A stretch of DNA of 37,210 bases from a virus (taxonomy: Duplodnaviria; Heunggongvirae; Uroviricota; Caudoviricetes): IMG/VR virus record IMGVR_UViG_2671180673_000011, positions 1-37,210 of that record; one strand, 5' to 3'. The translations under genes and the position numbers were made by a program. The notes beneath the pieces are model-generated. The model had not been told where the DNA came from, did not search any database, and saw only the letters and a list, made by a program, of their open reading frames with translations. Below, piece after piece: positions 10,739 through 19,631 of this stretch (positions are counted from its first letter, which is position 1; every line of letters starts with the position of its first letter).

Positions 10739-11113
10739 ATGATGCCAGTTAGCCGTTATCTCTGCATTTTCATAAACGTTGGTTTGGGAGAAGCGGCAAA
10801 ACGAAATGTGGGAACAGGGGAAAATCAGATACCTGATATGTCATCATATGCATCAGGTTCAGGCTGGCGAAAAATGCCAGATGGTTCAATTGAACAGTGG
10901 GGACGAATTAGTTTTCCTGGTGAACACGGGCCTGTATCCGCCAATGTTTCATTCCCGATTCCATTTACACAGACACCGGGCATTGTAATTGTGTGCGATG
11001 GTGGTTTCGGGGGCGGGAATATGTGGGGGGCGACCAACTGGAGCACTACCGGCTTCATAGCTCACTGCAATTATGGTCTTGAAGGTGGTGCGTTTTTCGC
11101 TAAGGGCTGGTAA
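10739..11113 (+). CDS. alternative tail-fibre C-terminal variable domain (Sv'), silent orientation
   Basis: Frame open through the crossover site; from [18 protein letters not shown] onward it would fuse in frame to the H constant part after inversion; the upstream ATG is probably not a native start. Confidence 0.55.
   Translation: MMPVSRYLCIFINVGLGEAAKRNVGTGENQIPDMSSYASGSGWRKMPDGSIEQWGRISFPGEHGPVSANVSFPIPFTQTPGIVIVCDGGFGGGNMWGATNWSTTGFIAHCNYGLEGGAFFAKGW
10766..10791. promoter_or_regulatory. gix/hix-like inversion crossover site (invertase-proximal)
   Basis: TTTTCATAAACG-TT-GGTTTGGGAGAA: 26-bp two-fold site with AAAC..GGTTT core; inner 14 bp is an exact inverted repeat of 12640-12653. Confidence 0.6.
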
Positions 11114-11556
11114 TGATGAAATATCTGTACGTAAACAACCTGGCATATCCTTACGAACTTCAGTCTCTTTATGTTGAAAAAGGTGAATGGCCTGAAGAAA
11201 AAGGTGTTGATATAGACGAAGTAATTTTCAGGGAATATTTCTATGATACACCACCAGAAGGAAAATACAGATGTGTCGGAGAGGATGGACTGCCTGCATG
11301 GGCAGATATTCCTCCACCAACACGTAAAGAACAAATTGCATCAGCCGAAACTAAAAAGCAGCAATTGATTAACCAGGCCAACGAATACATCAACAGTAAA
11401 CAATGGCCAGGTAAAGCATCAATTGGTCGTCTGAAAGGTGAGGAACTGGCGCAATATAATTTGTGGCTGGATTATCTGGACGCACTGGAATTGGTCGATA
11501 CTTCCGGTGCGCCAGATATTGAATGGCCTACGCCTCCGGCAGTTCAGGCCAGATGA
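11113..11556 (+). CDS. tail-fibre assembly chaperone (alternative set)
   Basis: 147 aa; conserved C-terminal chaperone signature ...GAPDIEWPTPPAVQ paralleling the opposite-strand copy (...TAPDVIWPELPEA). Confidence 0.75.
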   Translation: MMKYLYVNNLAYPYELQSLYVEKGEWPEEKGVDIDEVIFREYFYDTPPEGKYRCVGEDGLPAWADIPPPTRKEQIASAETKKQQLINQANEYINSKQWPGKASIGRLKGEELAQYNLWLDYLDALELVDTSGAPDIEWPTPPAVQAR

Positions 11557-12121
11557 CGTCCGGCGCTGTGCTGGTATCTGTTGCCGTCACCGCGTCAATG
11601 TAACCCAGCACAGCGTTAAGTCGGGTGTTTTCTGGCTGCGTCAGCTTCCGCCCAGCCTGTAATTTCAGTTGAATCAGACTGATGGAAGCCATTGCAGCAT
11701 CAATCAGCGACTGGCGCTGTGCTTCTGCCGCTTCTACTGCGGCGCTATGCTGTGCCTCGGTATCCGTCACCCATTTCTCACCATCCCATTTATCGTATGG
11801 CGTTAACGGTGAAAGCGTGACATAACCGTCTTTGATGGCACCGATATAATCCACTGTAACAGCTGCGCCATTTTCAGTTGAGTAAACGGTCTCATTGCGA
11901 TGGTCTTCTTCATGGCTCCATCCCTTACCCGTAAATACTGCCACTTTTCCCGGGATGTTTTCGCCCGGGTCAATACCAGTGGAACAGGCGGGTATACTTA
12001 CGCCAGTATTAATATATTCATCAGACCAGCCAGTATATTCATACGTTACTGCATTATAATAAAAACAACGCATATCGCCCGGCACTGTAGCCAGCCCATT
12101 TTCATCAAAAACAGGTTTCAT
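11528..12121 (-). CDS. G: tail-fibre assembly chaperone G (expressed orientation)
   Basis: 197 aa directly downstream of H; Tfa-like C-terminus. Confidence 0.8.
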   Translation of the reverse strand: MKPVFDENGLATVPGDMRCFYYNAVTYEYTGWSDEYINTGVSIPACSTGIDPGENIPGKVAVFTGKGWSHEEDHRNETVYSTENGAAVTVDYIGAIKDGYVTLSPLTPYDKWDGEKWVTDTEAQHSAAVEAAEAQRQSLIDAAMASISLIQLKLQAGRKLTQPENTRLNAVLGYIDAVTATDTSTAPDVIWPELPEA

Positions 12122-13701
12122 TATTTAGCCCTCACCAGAAAGTTAAATGCAATATTTCGTGGACGGGTTTCTGTATCTACATTTCCACTAATTTCACCAT
12201 AACGTTTAACACTACGAGAGCTAAGAGCTCGTAGTGAGGAAGGCACCTTAAGACCGGGTTCGTCCGTTTTAACTATTCCCCCGTCACCGTATGTAGCCAG
12301 TATTCCTGGGTTTACTCCTTCCCGTGCACTTCCTGCGGCAAGCCCGTCCCCCGTCCACAATTCCATATTGTGTGCATGATCCATAATTGTGTGTGATTGC
12401 CCTGAAAGTAGGGTACGTCCGACATCAATCCCGCGCCCATCATCCCAGATACGAATGAAATCACCCCGTGCGTCAGGTAATGCTAGCGCCGGAAACACTT
12501 TCGCCAGCACAGGGTAATCAGTGGCAGAGAATTTCGCGCCGTTGAACTTCAAAAACACCATACTGGACCAACTGTCGATTACAGTATTTGGCATTGCGGC
12601 GGACGGCCAGAAGAACGGAACGCCAATAGCTGGAGCACCTTCTCCCAAACCAAGGTATGCGAGAAGACCAGCGACATCCTTTCCACTCAAATTAGTCAGC
12701 GTATTGTCCAGCGGTTGTTTACCTGCCAGCGCATTAAGCATTGTCGTGGCAAAGTTCGGATCATTCCCCAACGCCGACGCCAGTTCGTTCAGTGTATCCA
12801 GTGCCGCAGGTGCAGAACCTACCATTGCTGCAATCGCCGATTTCACAAAAGCCGTGGTGGCAATCTGTGTATTGTTGACCGACTGTGCAGCAGTGGGGGC
12901 TGTTGGCGTTCCGGTGAGTGCCGGACTCGACAACGGCGCTTTCAGTGCCAGCGCATTGTTAATGGTGGTACTGAAATTCGGATCATTGTTAATGGCTGCG
13001 GCTATTTCTTTCAGCGTGTCCAGCGTGGCTGGCGCACCATTAATAAGAGCCGTCAGTGCCGCCTGAACAAACGCGGTGGTCGCAACCTGCGTGGTGTTAT
13101 TCCCTGCCGCTGGAGTTGGCGCTTTTGGTGTCCCGGTAAACGTCGGACTTTCTTTGGGTGCATACTGTGAATGCGGGTCCGGTGCGGCAAGATGTTTTGC
13201 CATCTGATCATCCACGTACACCTTCAGCTCCAGTACCTTGTCATCCACATACTTGCGGGTTGCCAGCACTACGGCAGGGTCGATTTTCAGGGTGATATTG
13301 TCCGTGCTGCTGGTAATCAGCACCATGCGCACGGTCTGGGTACGCCCGCTGCCTTCAGCCAGTTGCGGCTTATAGCTTTCCGGGCAGTTGCCCACGGCAA
13401 TCAATGCCCCGGACTCATCAAACAGGCCCACTTCACGTATCCACCAACCGCCCTCGTTTTCAGGGATCACCTGTTCAGCAATAATCTGGCTGCTGTTCTG
13501 CGGGTCGATATAGAGCATATTCAGCGCAGCCCGGCGTTTCTCATTTACCAATGCTGTCTGCTTGGCGTCCGGCGTTGGCAATGTTCCGCCGCCATCGCCC
13601 ACCGCCATATGGGTAATTTTTAGCGGCACACCGAGCGCGGCGGCGCTGGCAAGTTTCGCCGCGCCAATATCCGTCAGCAGGGTATAAAATTTTGTGCTCA
13701 T
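12121..13701 (-). CDS. H: tail fibre protein H (constant N-terminal part plus current variable C-terminus)
   Basis: 526 aa; MSTKFYTLLTDIGAAKLASAAA...MAVGDGGG start like P2 gpH; crossover site embedded at codons LAYLGLGEG. Confidence 0.9.
   Translation of the reverse strand: MSTKFYTLLTDIGAAKLASAAALGVPLKITHMAVGDGGGTLPTPDAKQTALVNEKRRAALNMLYIDPQNSSQIIAEQVIPENEGGWWIREVGLFDESGALIAVGNCPESYKPQLAEGSGRTQTVRMVLITSSTDNITLKIDPAVVLATRKYVDDKVLELKVYVDDQMAKHLAAPDPHSQYAPKESPTFTGTPKAPTPAAGNNTTQVATTAFVQAALTALINGAPATLDTLKEIAAAINNDPNFSTTINNALALKAPLSSPALTGTPTAPTAAQSVNNTQIATTAFVKSAIAAMVGSAPAALDTLNELASALGNDPNFATTMLNALAGKQPLDNTLTNLSGKDVAGLLAYLGLGEGAPAIGVPFFWPSAAMPNTVIDSWSSMVFLKFNGAKFSATDYPVLAKVFPALALPDARGDFIRIWDDGRGIDVGRTLLSGQSHTIMDHAHNMELWTGDGLAAGSAREGVNPGILATYGDGGIVKTDEPGLKVPSSLRALSSRSVKRYGEISGNVDTETRPRNIAFNFLVRAK
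12640..12665. promoter_or_regulatory. gix/hix-like inversion crossover site inside H
   Basis: TTCTCCCAAACC-AA-GGTATGCGAGAA; its reverse complement shares TTGGTTTGGGAGAA with site 10778-10791. Confidence 0.6.
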
Positions 13702-14303
13702 GGATTCACTCTCATTGTGTCAATAACATGGACCGCCCCGCCTTCATGCGCGGTGCCGCCGGAAATAATTGTTTCGTTGATATACGGATAGATCGTGATT
13801 TCTTCGCCAAGATAGCTGGCGGCCCCCACCCAATGCGGACCGCTGGTCTGCAGATTGATGGACATGCCGATCATGTGACGGCTACATGGTTTGGCATCGC
13901 TTATCAGCCGCTCAAGTTCCAGATAGGTATCTTCAGTGATGCCCTGGTCCTGCACGCCGATATCCAGGCGAAACGTGCCCGGTGTTTCTCCGGTCTGCCA
14001 CCACTCAATAATGCGGATCAGGAATCCGAACGGTTCCACCACCCGCCGCACGGCACTGGTAGTTCCTTTATGCTGATGAATATAAAAAGCATCCTTCACT
14101 ACCTGGCGTTTGACGCTTTCTGTCCAGCCCTCGTCCCAGCGATCCACAGAGAACGCCCAGGCGAGATAAGGCAGGAAGCTGACCGGACAGGTAGCCGGAT
14201 TCCACAAGTCACGCAGCGGCACCTGCAGATCAGAAATCCCGCTACAGGTTTGCGCCAGTCGGCGCTCCAGTGAAGTTGAACCCGGTGGCAGCAGACTATT
14301 CAT
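13698..14303 (-). CDS. I: baseplate protein I
   Basis: 201 aa, position between J and H as in P2. Confidence 0.85.
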   Translation of the reverse strand: MNSLLPPGSTSLERRLAQTCSGISDLQVPLRDLWNPATCPVSFLPYLAWAFSVDRWDEGWTESVKRQVVKDAFYIHQHKGTTSAVRRVVEPFGFLIRIIEWWQTGETPGTFRLDIGVQDQGITEDTYLELERLISDAKPCSRHMIGMSINLQTSGPHWVGAASYLGEEITIYPYINETIISGGTAHEGGAVHVIDTMRVNP

Positions 14304-15204
14304 CCGTTCCTCCGTTGGTTACGCTCCACTGCGTACATGATGCCGCCTGTGTTTTGTTCAGGACCACATCCGCCAGCGGAGAAGCCAGTTCCACACGTTG
14401 AACACCCTCAACATGCAGAGCAGCAAAGATGGCGCTACGGCGAATATCCCGACCAAGCCTCGTCTGGCTGGCAATGTACTTCTGCAGACTGGCTTTTGCC
14501 GCTGCCATTACCGGCTCTGCTTCCGGTCCCGGATAGAGAAAAATGGTGGCTTCCACGCGATACGGGATGATTTCTGCGCTGCGAACCGTAAGACGGTCAG
14601 CCACCGGGCGGACGTTCTCACTGTTCAGAGCTTTTTCCACCACGTCCAGCAGGTCTTTTTCTGCAGTTCCATCGCCTTCGCGGCTAAGGACAGTCAGCAC
14701 CACCTCTGCAGGTGCCGGGCTGGTTGCACTGGCATCCGCCACCCGACCGTCGGCGCTTCGGGCATGAAATTCATAAGCTGCAGTTGGCCCCGCAACTGAA
14801 AGCCCTTCAAAGGCTGCAGGCACACGCAGGCGTAACGCTTCATCGCTTTCCATCACAGCTGCAACGGGCGGCACAGCGTCATTATCAGCAGGCGTCACCG
14901 TCAGGCGTTTCACGTTGTAGTTGGCGGCGAGCTGGTCCAGATCGCCCCCTATGGCATAAGCCACCATCACCGCCTGCGCGGCTTCGTTAATGCGCTGGCG
15001 CAGAAGCAACTCACGGTAAGCATTCTCCTGCAACAATTTGGTGACGGGTTCAGATTCCAGTTCCAGCGTGCGGATCACTGCTTCCTGCTCATCTTTCGGA
15101 TGAAGCGCCACAAATTCTGCCTTGCGTTCGGCAAGCAGCGTCTCAAAGTCCGGCACATCCACAATCTGCGGCGCAGGCAACTGCGAAAGGTCAATCACTG
15201 CCAT
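14296..15204 (-). CDS. J: baseplate protein J
   Basis: Start set at internal ATG (MAVIDLSQLPAPQIVD) with GGAG 8 nt upstream; aligns with P2 gpJ N-terminus as I recall it. Confidence 0.85.
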   Translation of the reverse strand: MAVIDLSQLPAPQIVDVPDFETLLAERKAEFVALHPKDEQEAVIRTLELESEPVTKLLQENAYRELLLRQRINEAAQAVMVAYAIGGDLDQLAANYNVKRLTVTPADNDAVPPVAAVMESDEALRLRVPAAFEGLSVAGPTAAYEFHARSADGRVADASATSPAPAEVVLTVLSREGDGTAEKDLLDVVEKALNSENVRPVADRLTVRSAEIIPYRVEATIFLYPGPEAEPVMAAAKASLQKYIASQTRLGRDIRRSAIFAALHVEGVQRVELASPLADVVLNKTQAASCTQWSVTNGGTDE

Positions 15205-15550
15205 TCTCTGCTCCTGTTGATACGGAAAGGGAAACAGGCACACCGTTATTACGCCGCCCGGTCAGCTCCACCACCATTGAACCGTCAAAATTGCTGTTAA
15301 TGGTGATGGAATCCAGCGTCAGCCGTGGCTCCCAGCGACTCAGCGCCACATACACTGCCGACATGACCTGCAGGCGTAATGCCGGATTTTGTGGCTGGTC
15401 TATCAGTGCCGACAGCAGGGAACCATATTCCCGACGGGCAATGCGGCTACCCTGCGGCGTCAGCAAAATGTCCCGCACCGACTGGCGCAGATGATCAATA
15501 TCAGTAATGGCTTTACCGCTGGTATTGTTCATCCCGCTATAAAGCGTCAT
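15191..15550 (-). CDS. W: baseplate wedge protein W
   Basis: 119 aa; MTLYSGMN...RREYGSLLSALIDQPQNPALRLQ resembles P2 gpW. Confidence 0.85.
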   Translation of the reverse strand: MTLYSGMNNTSGKAITDIDHLRQSVRDILLTPQGSRIARREYGSLLSALIDQPQNPALRLQVMSAVYVALSRWEPRLTLDSITINSNFDGSMVVELTGRRNNGVPVSLSVSTGAENGSD

Positions 15551-16125
15551 ACCGGGCCTCCGGTTGTGTCGCCGCCTTTCAGGACGTCAGTATGCTGATG
15601 CGCATCAACCACGATCCCGTTAGAACTCATCGCTCCGCCGCCCTGGGTAACGCCACCATTGATCACCACTTCGCTGTTAATGCGCGTGCGGTCAGCCTCC
15701 AGTACAAACTCACTGGTTTTCATGGTGATGTTGTCAGCGGCCTCAATGACCATTGATTTGATGCCCCTGACATACCAGCGCCCGGTAGTGGGTTCGTATT
15801 CAAACCAGCCGCCGTCAGGATGTTCTGTCACGCAGGCGTCTGCCGACGTCGACGGTGGTGCGAACTGATTCGAATAGACAGCGGGCAGCGCAAAGGCAGT
15901 TTCCAGATTGCCGCCCAGACTCAGCAGCACCACCTGCTCACCTTCCGATGGTCGCCACCATGTGCGGGCATTCCCGGCACGCAGCGTCAGCCAGCTGATC
16001 CAGTTGGTTTCAAGCTCGCCCGTTTTCACCCGGCAAAGCCAGTTTTCCCGGTCCACTTCGGTGACTACACCAGTGCGGATCAGGTTGGTGATAAGGCGCA
16101 TGATTTCGGTTAGTTGTGCGTTCAT
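15547..16125 (-). CDS. V: baseplate spike protein V
   Basis: Start set at ATG 16125 (MNAQLTEIMRLITNLIRTGVVTEV) by alignment to the P2 gpV N-terminus; the track ORF extends 36 codons upstream. Confidence 0.8.
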   Translation of the reverse strand: MNAQLTEIMRLITNLIRTGVVTEVDRENWLCRVKTGELETNWISWLTLRAGNARTWWRPSEGEQVVLLSLGGNLETAFALPAVYSNQFAPPSTSADACVTEHPDGGWFEYEPTTGRWYVRGIKSMVIEAADNITMKTSEFVLEADRTRINSEVVINGGVTQGGGAMSSNGIVVDAHQHTDVLKGGDTTGGPV

Positions 16126-16171
16126 AGGGTTAGGTTGCACGGACCTTGAATCTATGGCATCAATACGTCCT

Positions 16172-16189
16172 TGTGTGGTAAATGACACA
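16172..16189 (-). promoter_or_regulatory. candidate Ogr-binding late-promoter element (TGT-N12-ACA) upstream of V
   Basis: TGTGTGGTAAATGACACA in the V-upstream intergenic region, between V and the reverse-strand ORF. Confidence 0.3.
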
Positions 16190-16220
16190 AATACAATTCC
16201 AATCAAAGAAAGGTAAAAGA

Positions 16221-16751
16221 ATGAGCCATCCAATTGATTATTACGCTATAGAAGAACACGCAAGAATAATTGAGCAATTATGCTGTTCATCTGAATTTTA
16301 TTTACAGCGTATATATTCCACACAGAAAGTATATGATGGTTCTATAGTAACTGAATTTGAAATGGAGGAGTTATCGTACAACGGATGGTTGGAATATACC
16401 ATTAGCAACAATCTTATTAGCCTTTGTACAAAACTACGAATTCTCCAAGACACTAGTGAACATGAGTGGAACCCAGATTACTCACCTGAGAAAGAAGCAT
16501 TTGAAGAACATGAAAATATACTTTTTGTTATAGATGGTCATGTTAAAGATTCTATACGCGAATGCTGCAATAAAATTATTCACGCATTAAGTTTTGAGTT
16601 AACAAAAAAGACCGGCAAAAATGGAATAAAATATTGGGACGGTTCTATTATTGCTTCTGGGGTTCAAAACAAAAAAAACTGGAAAATTAAAATAGACCTT
16701 TTCCCTTTTTGCCAAAGCATAAAAAGTTATTTAAGTTTATTAAGAGCGTAA
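16221..16751 (+). CDS. hypothetical protein, accessory gene in the S/V slot (P2 orf30 position)
   Basis: AT-rich ORF opposite to the late operon; start chosen at ATG 16221 (AGGT 6 nt upstream); alternative start 16182; no recognisable motif. Confidence 0.55.
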   Translation: MSHPIDYYAIEEHARIIEQLCCSSEFYLQRIYSTQKVYDGSIVTEFEMEELSYNGWLEYTISNNLISLCTKLRILQDTSEHEWNPDYSPEKEAFEEHENILFVIDGHVKDSIRECCNKIIHALSFELTKKTGKNGIKYWDGSIIASGVQNKKNWKIKIDLFPFCQSIKSYLSLLRA

Positions 16752-16756
16752 ACATT

Positions 16757-17209
16757 CTAATTTTTCATCAATAAATACTTTAAAAGTAAATCTCTTACTT
16801 CATTTTCAGTATGTTCATTTAAACCCAGCAATTTTCGGGATGGATACTTAATGACTCCCCCCTTTGGACTGACGCGATCGCGCAGACCGTAGTGATGAAC
16901 ACGGGCAATACGCTGTACCTTACCTTCAAACTGTACGCTGGCAGAATCCGCGCTGGCGGCAGTTCTCAGGTATTTTGTGGTGCGCAGCTTTGCAAACATC
17001 TGACGTTTGATGCGCCCCTTCTTGCTGCGTGCTGTTACCCTGCGCGGCTCATAACTGCTGCCATCTGGATTGCGCTGCATCCTGATATTCTGCTGCTGTG
17101 TCCGGCGCAGTTCCTGCGCCAGCTGGCGCATCATTCGGCTTCTTGCGGCTGGTTCCAGATTCGCCAGCAAAGCACTCAGCCAGTCGTCCACCTTCTGCAG
17201 TTCAGCCAC
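16757..17209 (-). CDS. S: tail completion protein S
   Basis: 150 aa, position and character of P2 gpS. Confidence 0.85.
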   Translation of the reverse strand: MAELQKVDDWLSALLANLEPAARSRMMRQLAQELRRTQQQNIRMQRNPDGSSYEPRRVTARSKKGRIKRQMFAKLRTTKYLRTAASADSASVQFEGKVQRIARVHHYGLRDRVSPKGGVIKYPSRKLLGLNEHTENEVRDLLLKYLLMKN

Positions 17210-17654
17210 GTTTCACCGTCCACATTTCTTCAGGTTCATCGGGTTCCGCTACTGCTTCAACGCTCGACACACTTCCGTCAGTGCTGACCAGCACACGTTC
17301 CGTCAGTTGCAGGTTGAGGCTGATATCACAGACATCGTTGCGCAGAATATCCACCTCAAAGGTGAATAACTTTTCCCGTAACGCCGGATTATTGATGGCA
17401 TCGGGCTGGTTATCACGCAGCCACAGCAAAACCGGGGCCATCAGCAGATTCTGGTCGCCGCTGAAATCCTCAATCACCACGTTGAGGGTATAACGGTACT
17501 CCCATGACATGGAGCTGGCCCCCGTGGCAACCAGCGAACCGTTATCCACAAACAGATGCAGCTTATCCGGGTTATTGCGGACATAAGGCACTGCTTTATT
17601 GAGGGCGTGGCGCAGGGATTGTGGTTTGTTCACTGTTTCGCTCCTGACACGCAA
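17202..17654 (-). CDS. R: tail completion protein R
   Basis: 150 aa; ...FVDNGSLVATGASSMSWEYRYTLNVVIEDFSGD resembles P2 gpR. Confidence 0.85.
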   Translation of the reverse strand: MRVRSETVNKPQSLRHALNKAVPYVRNNPDKLHLFVDNGSLVATGASSMSWEYRYTLNVVIEDFSGDQNLLMAPVLLWLRDNQPDAINNPALREKLFTFEVDILRNDVCDISLNLQLTERVLVSTDGSVSSVEAVAEPDEPEEMWTVKRG

Positions 17655-17886
17655 TAATCATGTCCACTTTGTCTGCACAGACCGCCCAGGCGGCCTCCGT
17701 TTCATCCAGCAATGCGTTCAGATCACCGTTAGTGCGCGGCGCTGCCTGCTCCAGCCGACACGGCGTCACTCGCGGACAACCACTGACGGTAAGCTGCACC
17801 TCCGGTGAGTGCCGGACGTTCCCGCAGCCGGATAATGTCAGCAGGCAAAGGAGTATCAGCCCAGCGGCGTAAATCCTCGTTCTCAC
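17596..17886 (-). CDS. lysC: o-spanin LysC (Rz1-like lipoprotein), embedded and out of frame in lysB
   Basis: Signal peptide with lipobox LTLSGC; overlaps the lysB 3' end and the R start. Confidence 0.7.
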   Translation of the reverse strand: MRTRIYAAGLILLCLLTLSGCGNVRHSPEVQLTVSGCPRVTPCRLEQAAPRTNGDLNALLDETEAAWAVCADKVDMIIACQERNSEQTTIPAPRPQ

Positions 17887-18157
17887 GTTTCAGTTCCTCG
17901 ATCCGGTGTTGTCGTTGTCTCAGCAGCGCGCTGGTCTGTTCTGCTTCGGCATAGAGCCGCGCCTGCTCCCGGTTATTGGTTTCAGCCAGAATGGACAGAC
18001 TGATCAGCTGGCTATTTTTCTTCGTTAGTTCGTGCGCTTTACTTTTCAGCGCCGCGCGCTGCGTTTCGATGGTGTGGCTGGCGCTGTTAAGCCGCCACGA
18101 CTGCCAGCCCAGCGCAACGAGTGCCAGCGCCGCCACTACCGCCAGCGCACGCGTCAT
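17729..18157 (-). CDS. lysB: i-spanin LysB (Rz-like)
   Basis: N-terminal TM helix then coiled-coil-rich periplasmic domain; directly downstream of the endolysin. Confidence 0.8.
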   Translation of the reverse strand: MTRALAVVAALALVALGWQSWRLNSASHTIETQRAALKSKAHELTKKNSQLISLSILAETNNREQARLYAEAEQTSALLRQRQHRIEELKRENEDLRRWADTPLPADIIRLRERPALTGGAAYRQWLSASDAVSAGAGSAAH

Positions 18158-18669
18158 AATCCAGCTCCTTTAAGGCACCAGGCCATCTCCCGCGCACGGC
18201 GGTTATCCAGCCCCTGATTAAACACACCTTTCACATAAACCCAGCGCGGCAACTGTCGGCACGCTTCTGCCCAGCGCCGCTGATTGAGCAATTTCACCAG
18301 CGTAGAACTGCAGGCATTGCCCGTTCCCACGTTGAAGGCAAACGACACCGTAGCGTCATATACCTTCTGCGGCGGCTGTTGCTTCACACACCTTTCCAGC
18401 GCCCGCTCCACACGCAGCACGTTGGAAATAAGCCCTTCTGCTGCCTGTCGTTCCGTGATTGTTTTGCCGGGAATGACGCCCGACGTATTTCCAATGCCGT
18501 CGGTCCAGACACCCGCGCTGCACTGATACGGCTGCAGACGACAACCTTCGTAATCGGCAATCAGTTTCAGCCCCTCCACGGAGGTGTGAAGCTGCTGAAA
18601 CCCCGGCAGCGTGGCAGCAATAGCCAGCACGGCCCCGACAAGGCAGCGTTTAACGATTGATGGATTCAT
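18154..18669 (-). CDS. K: endolysin K (phage lysozyme with N-terminal signal-anchor)
   Basis: 171 aa; hydrophobic N-terminus then lysozyme-like core (...EGCRLQPYQCSAGVWTDGIGNT...). Confidence 0.85.
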   Translation of the reverse strand: MNPSIVKRCLVGAVLAIAATLPGFQQLHTSVEGLKLIADYEGCRLQPYQCSAGVWTDGIGNTSGVIPGKTITERQAAEGLISNVLRVERALERCVKQQPPQKVYDATVSFAFNVGTGNACSSTLVKLLNQRRWAEACRQLPRWVYVKGVFNQGLDNRRAREMAWCLKGAGL

Positions 18670-18865
18670 AGTCCTCCCGCGAAATCTGCCCGTCGCGCAG
18701 AAGCTGGTAGGCTTTGTGTTTGTAGTACCAGTTGATAGCCAGCATCAGCACACCAATCATCAGGCCGCCCAGCGTTGAGGCATCCTTGATGGACAAATCG
18801 CCCAGCCAGGCCAGCACGACGGCGATGCAATACGTGATAAAGGCGCTGATTCGCTCAAGCGTCAT
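18650..18865 (-). CDS. holin (putative)
   Basis: 71-aa protein with two hydrophobic helices and charged C-terminus immediately upstream of the endolysin. Confidence 0.6.
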   Translation of the reverse strand: MTLERISAFITYCIAVVLAWLGDLSIKDASTLGGLMIGVLMLAINWYYKHKAYQLLRDGQISREDYESINR

Positions 18866-18868
18866 AAT

Positions 18869-19072
18869 TCAGTCCCATAGCTGGACGGTCTGCACGGTGG
18901 TGGTGGTCGGAATGTCCGGCAGCTCCACCTGCAGCCCTTGAGGTAAAAAGGGGCCGTATTCGGCAAGCCCCGGATTTGCCTTCAGTACCTGCTCCGTGAC
19001 ACCCTGCGTGCGCCCGTAATGACGCCAGCAAAGCGCGTCCACCGTGTCATACTGATGCGCACGTACTTTCAT
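18869..19072 (-). CDS. X: tail protein X
   Basis: 67 aa; MKVRAHQYDTVDALCWRHYGRTQGV...ANPGLAEYG parallels P2 gpX. Confidence 0.8.
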   Translation of the reverse strand: MKVRAHQYDTVDALCWRHYGRTQGVTEQVLKANPGLAEYGPFLPQGLQVELPDIPTTTTVQTVQLWD

Positions 19073-19536
19073 CAGATAAGCTCCACAGTGCAGTGCGGCG
19101 CATCCTGTACCCGGCTGATGGCCCAGCGGGCGTCACGCCATAAATCACCGCTGGCTTCCGCCAGTTCCTCGCCCCGCTTCACACCGGATGCCGTGGCGTC
19201 ATAGTCCTGGTAACGTTCGTTGAGCATGGCGCGTGCCCAGCAGTAAACCGCGTTGAAATAGTGCTGAATGCGCTCACTTTTCCCATCCAGCTGTTCTGCC
19301 GGAACCTCTGCCAGCGAGGCATATCCCAGCATCTGCTGGCGTCTGCGAAACTCATACAGCTCTGCGTTGACCTCCGAAATTGCCGACAGGGCAACCTGTT
19401 TTAAACGCGGCTGCGTCACCGTGCCGTCAGTGCGCATCACACTGCGAAACTCCGACAGGTCCACATCAGGCCAGAACGGCGTATTTCTGATGATTTCCGC
19501 CTGTTCCGGTGCCTGTTCTGGCGCAACAAACATCAT
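19072..19536 (-). CDS. L: head completion protein L
   Basis: Start placed at ATGATG 19536 with AGGAG 9 nt upstream; track ORF extends 21 codons further. Confidence 0.8.
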   Translation of the reverse strand: MMFVAPEQAPEQAEIIRNTPFWPDVDLSEFRSVMRTDGTVTQPRLKQVALSAISEVNAELYEFRRRQQMLGYASLAEVPAEQLDGKSERIQHYFNAVYCWARAMLNERYQDYDATASGVKRGEELAEASGDLWRDARWAISRVQDAPHCTVELI

Positions 19537-19631
19537 GCGGCTTTCTCCTGAAATAGAGGGCGGTGGACGGGGTTTTGATGTGGCAGTGCCTTTCGCCACC
19601 CCGTGCCGCCCGTGCGCGGGGGCACGTTCTG

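Larger units (their letters stand above)
10779..12652. other. invertible tail-fibre host-range segment
   Basis: Bounded by inverted crossover sites; contains two opposed sets of fibre C-terminus plus assembly chaperone; both sites encode GLGE in the fibre frame so inversion keeps the reading frame. Confidence 0.7.

Noticed and set aside
12521-13170. Plus-strand ORFs of 181 and 151 aa inside the tail fibre gene H
   Set aside because: Antisense to H, with Cys/Arg-rich or Ala-rich compositions characteristic of non-coding frames.
16182-16751. Possible HEPN-type R-x4-6-H motif in the S/V cargo protein (RECCNKIIH)
   Set aside because: Spacing is R-x7-H, outside the HEPN motif, and there is no other supporting feature; left as hypothetical.
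18154-18669. Absence of a lysA-like gene between K and lysB
   Set aside because: lysA is not universally present in P2-family lysis cassettes, so its absence is not informative.
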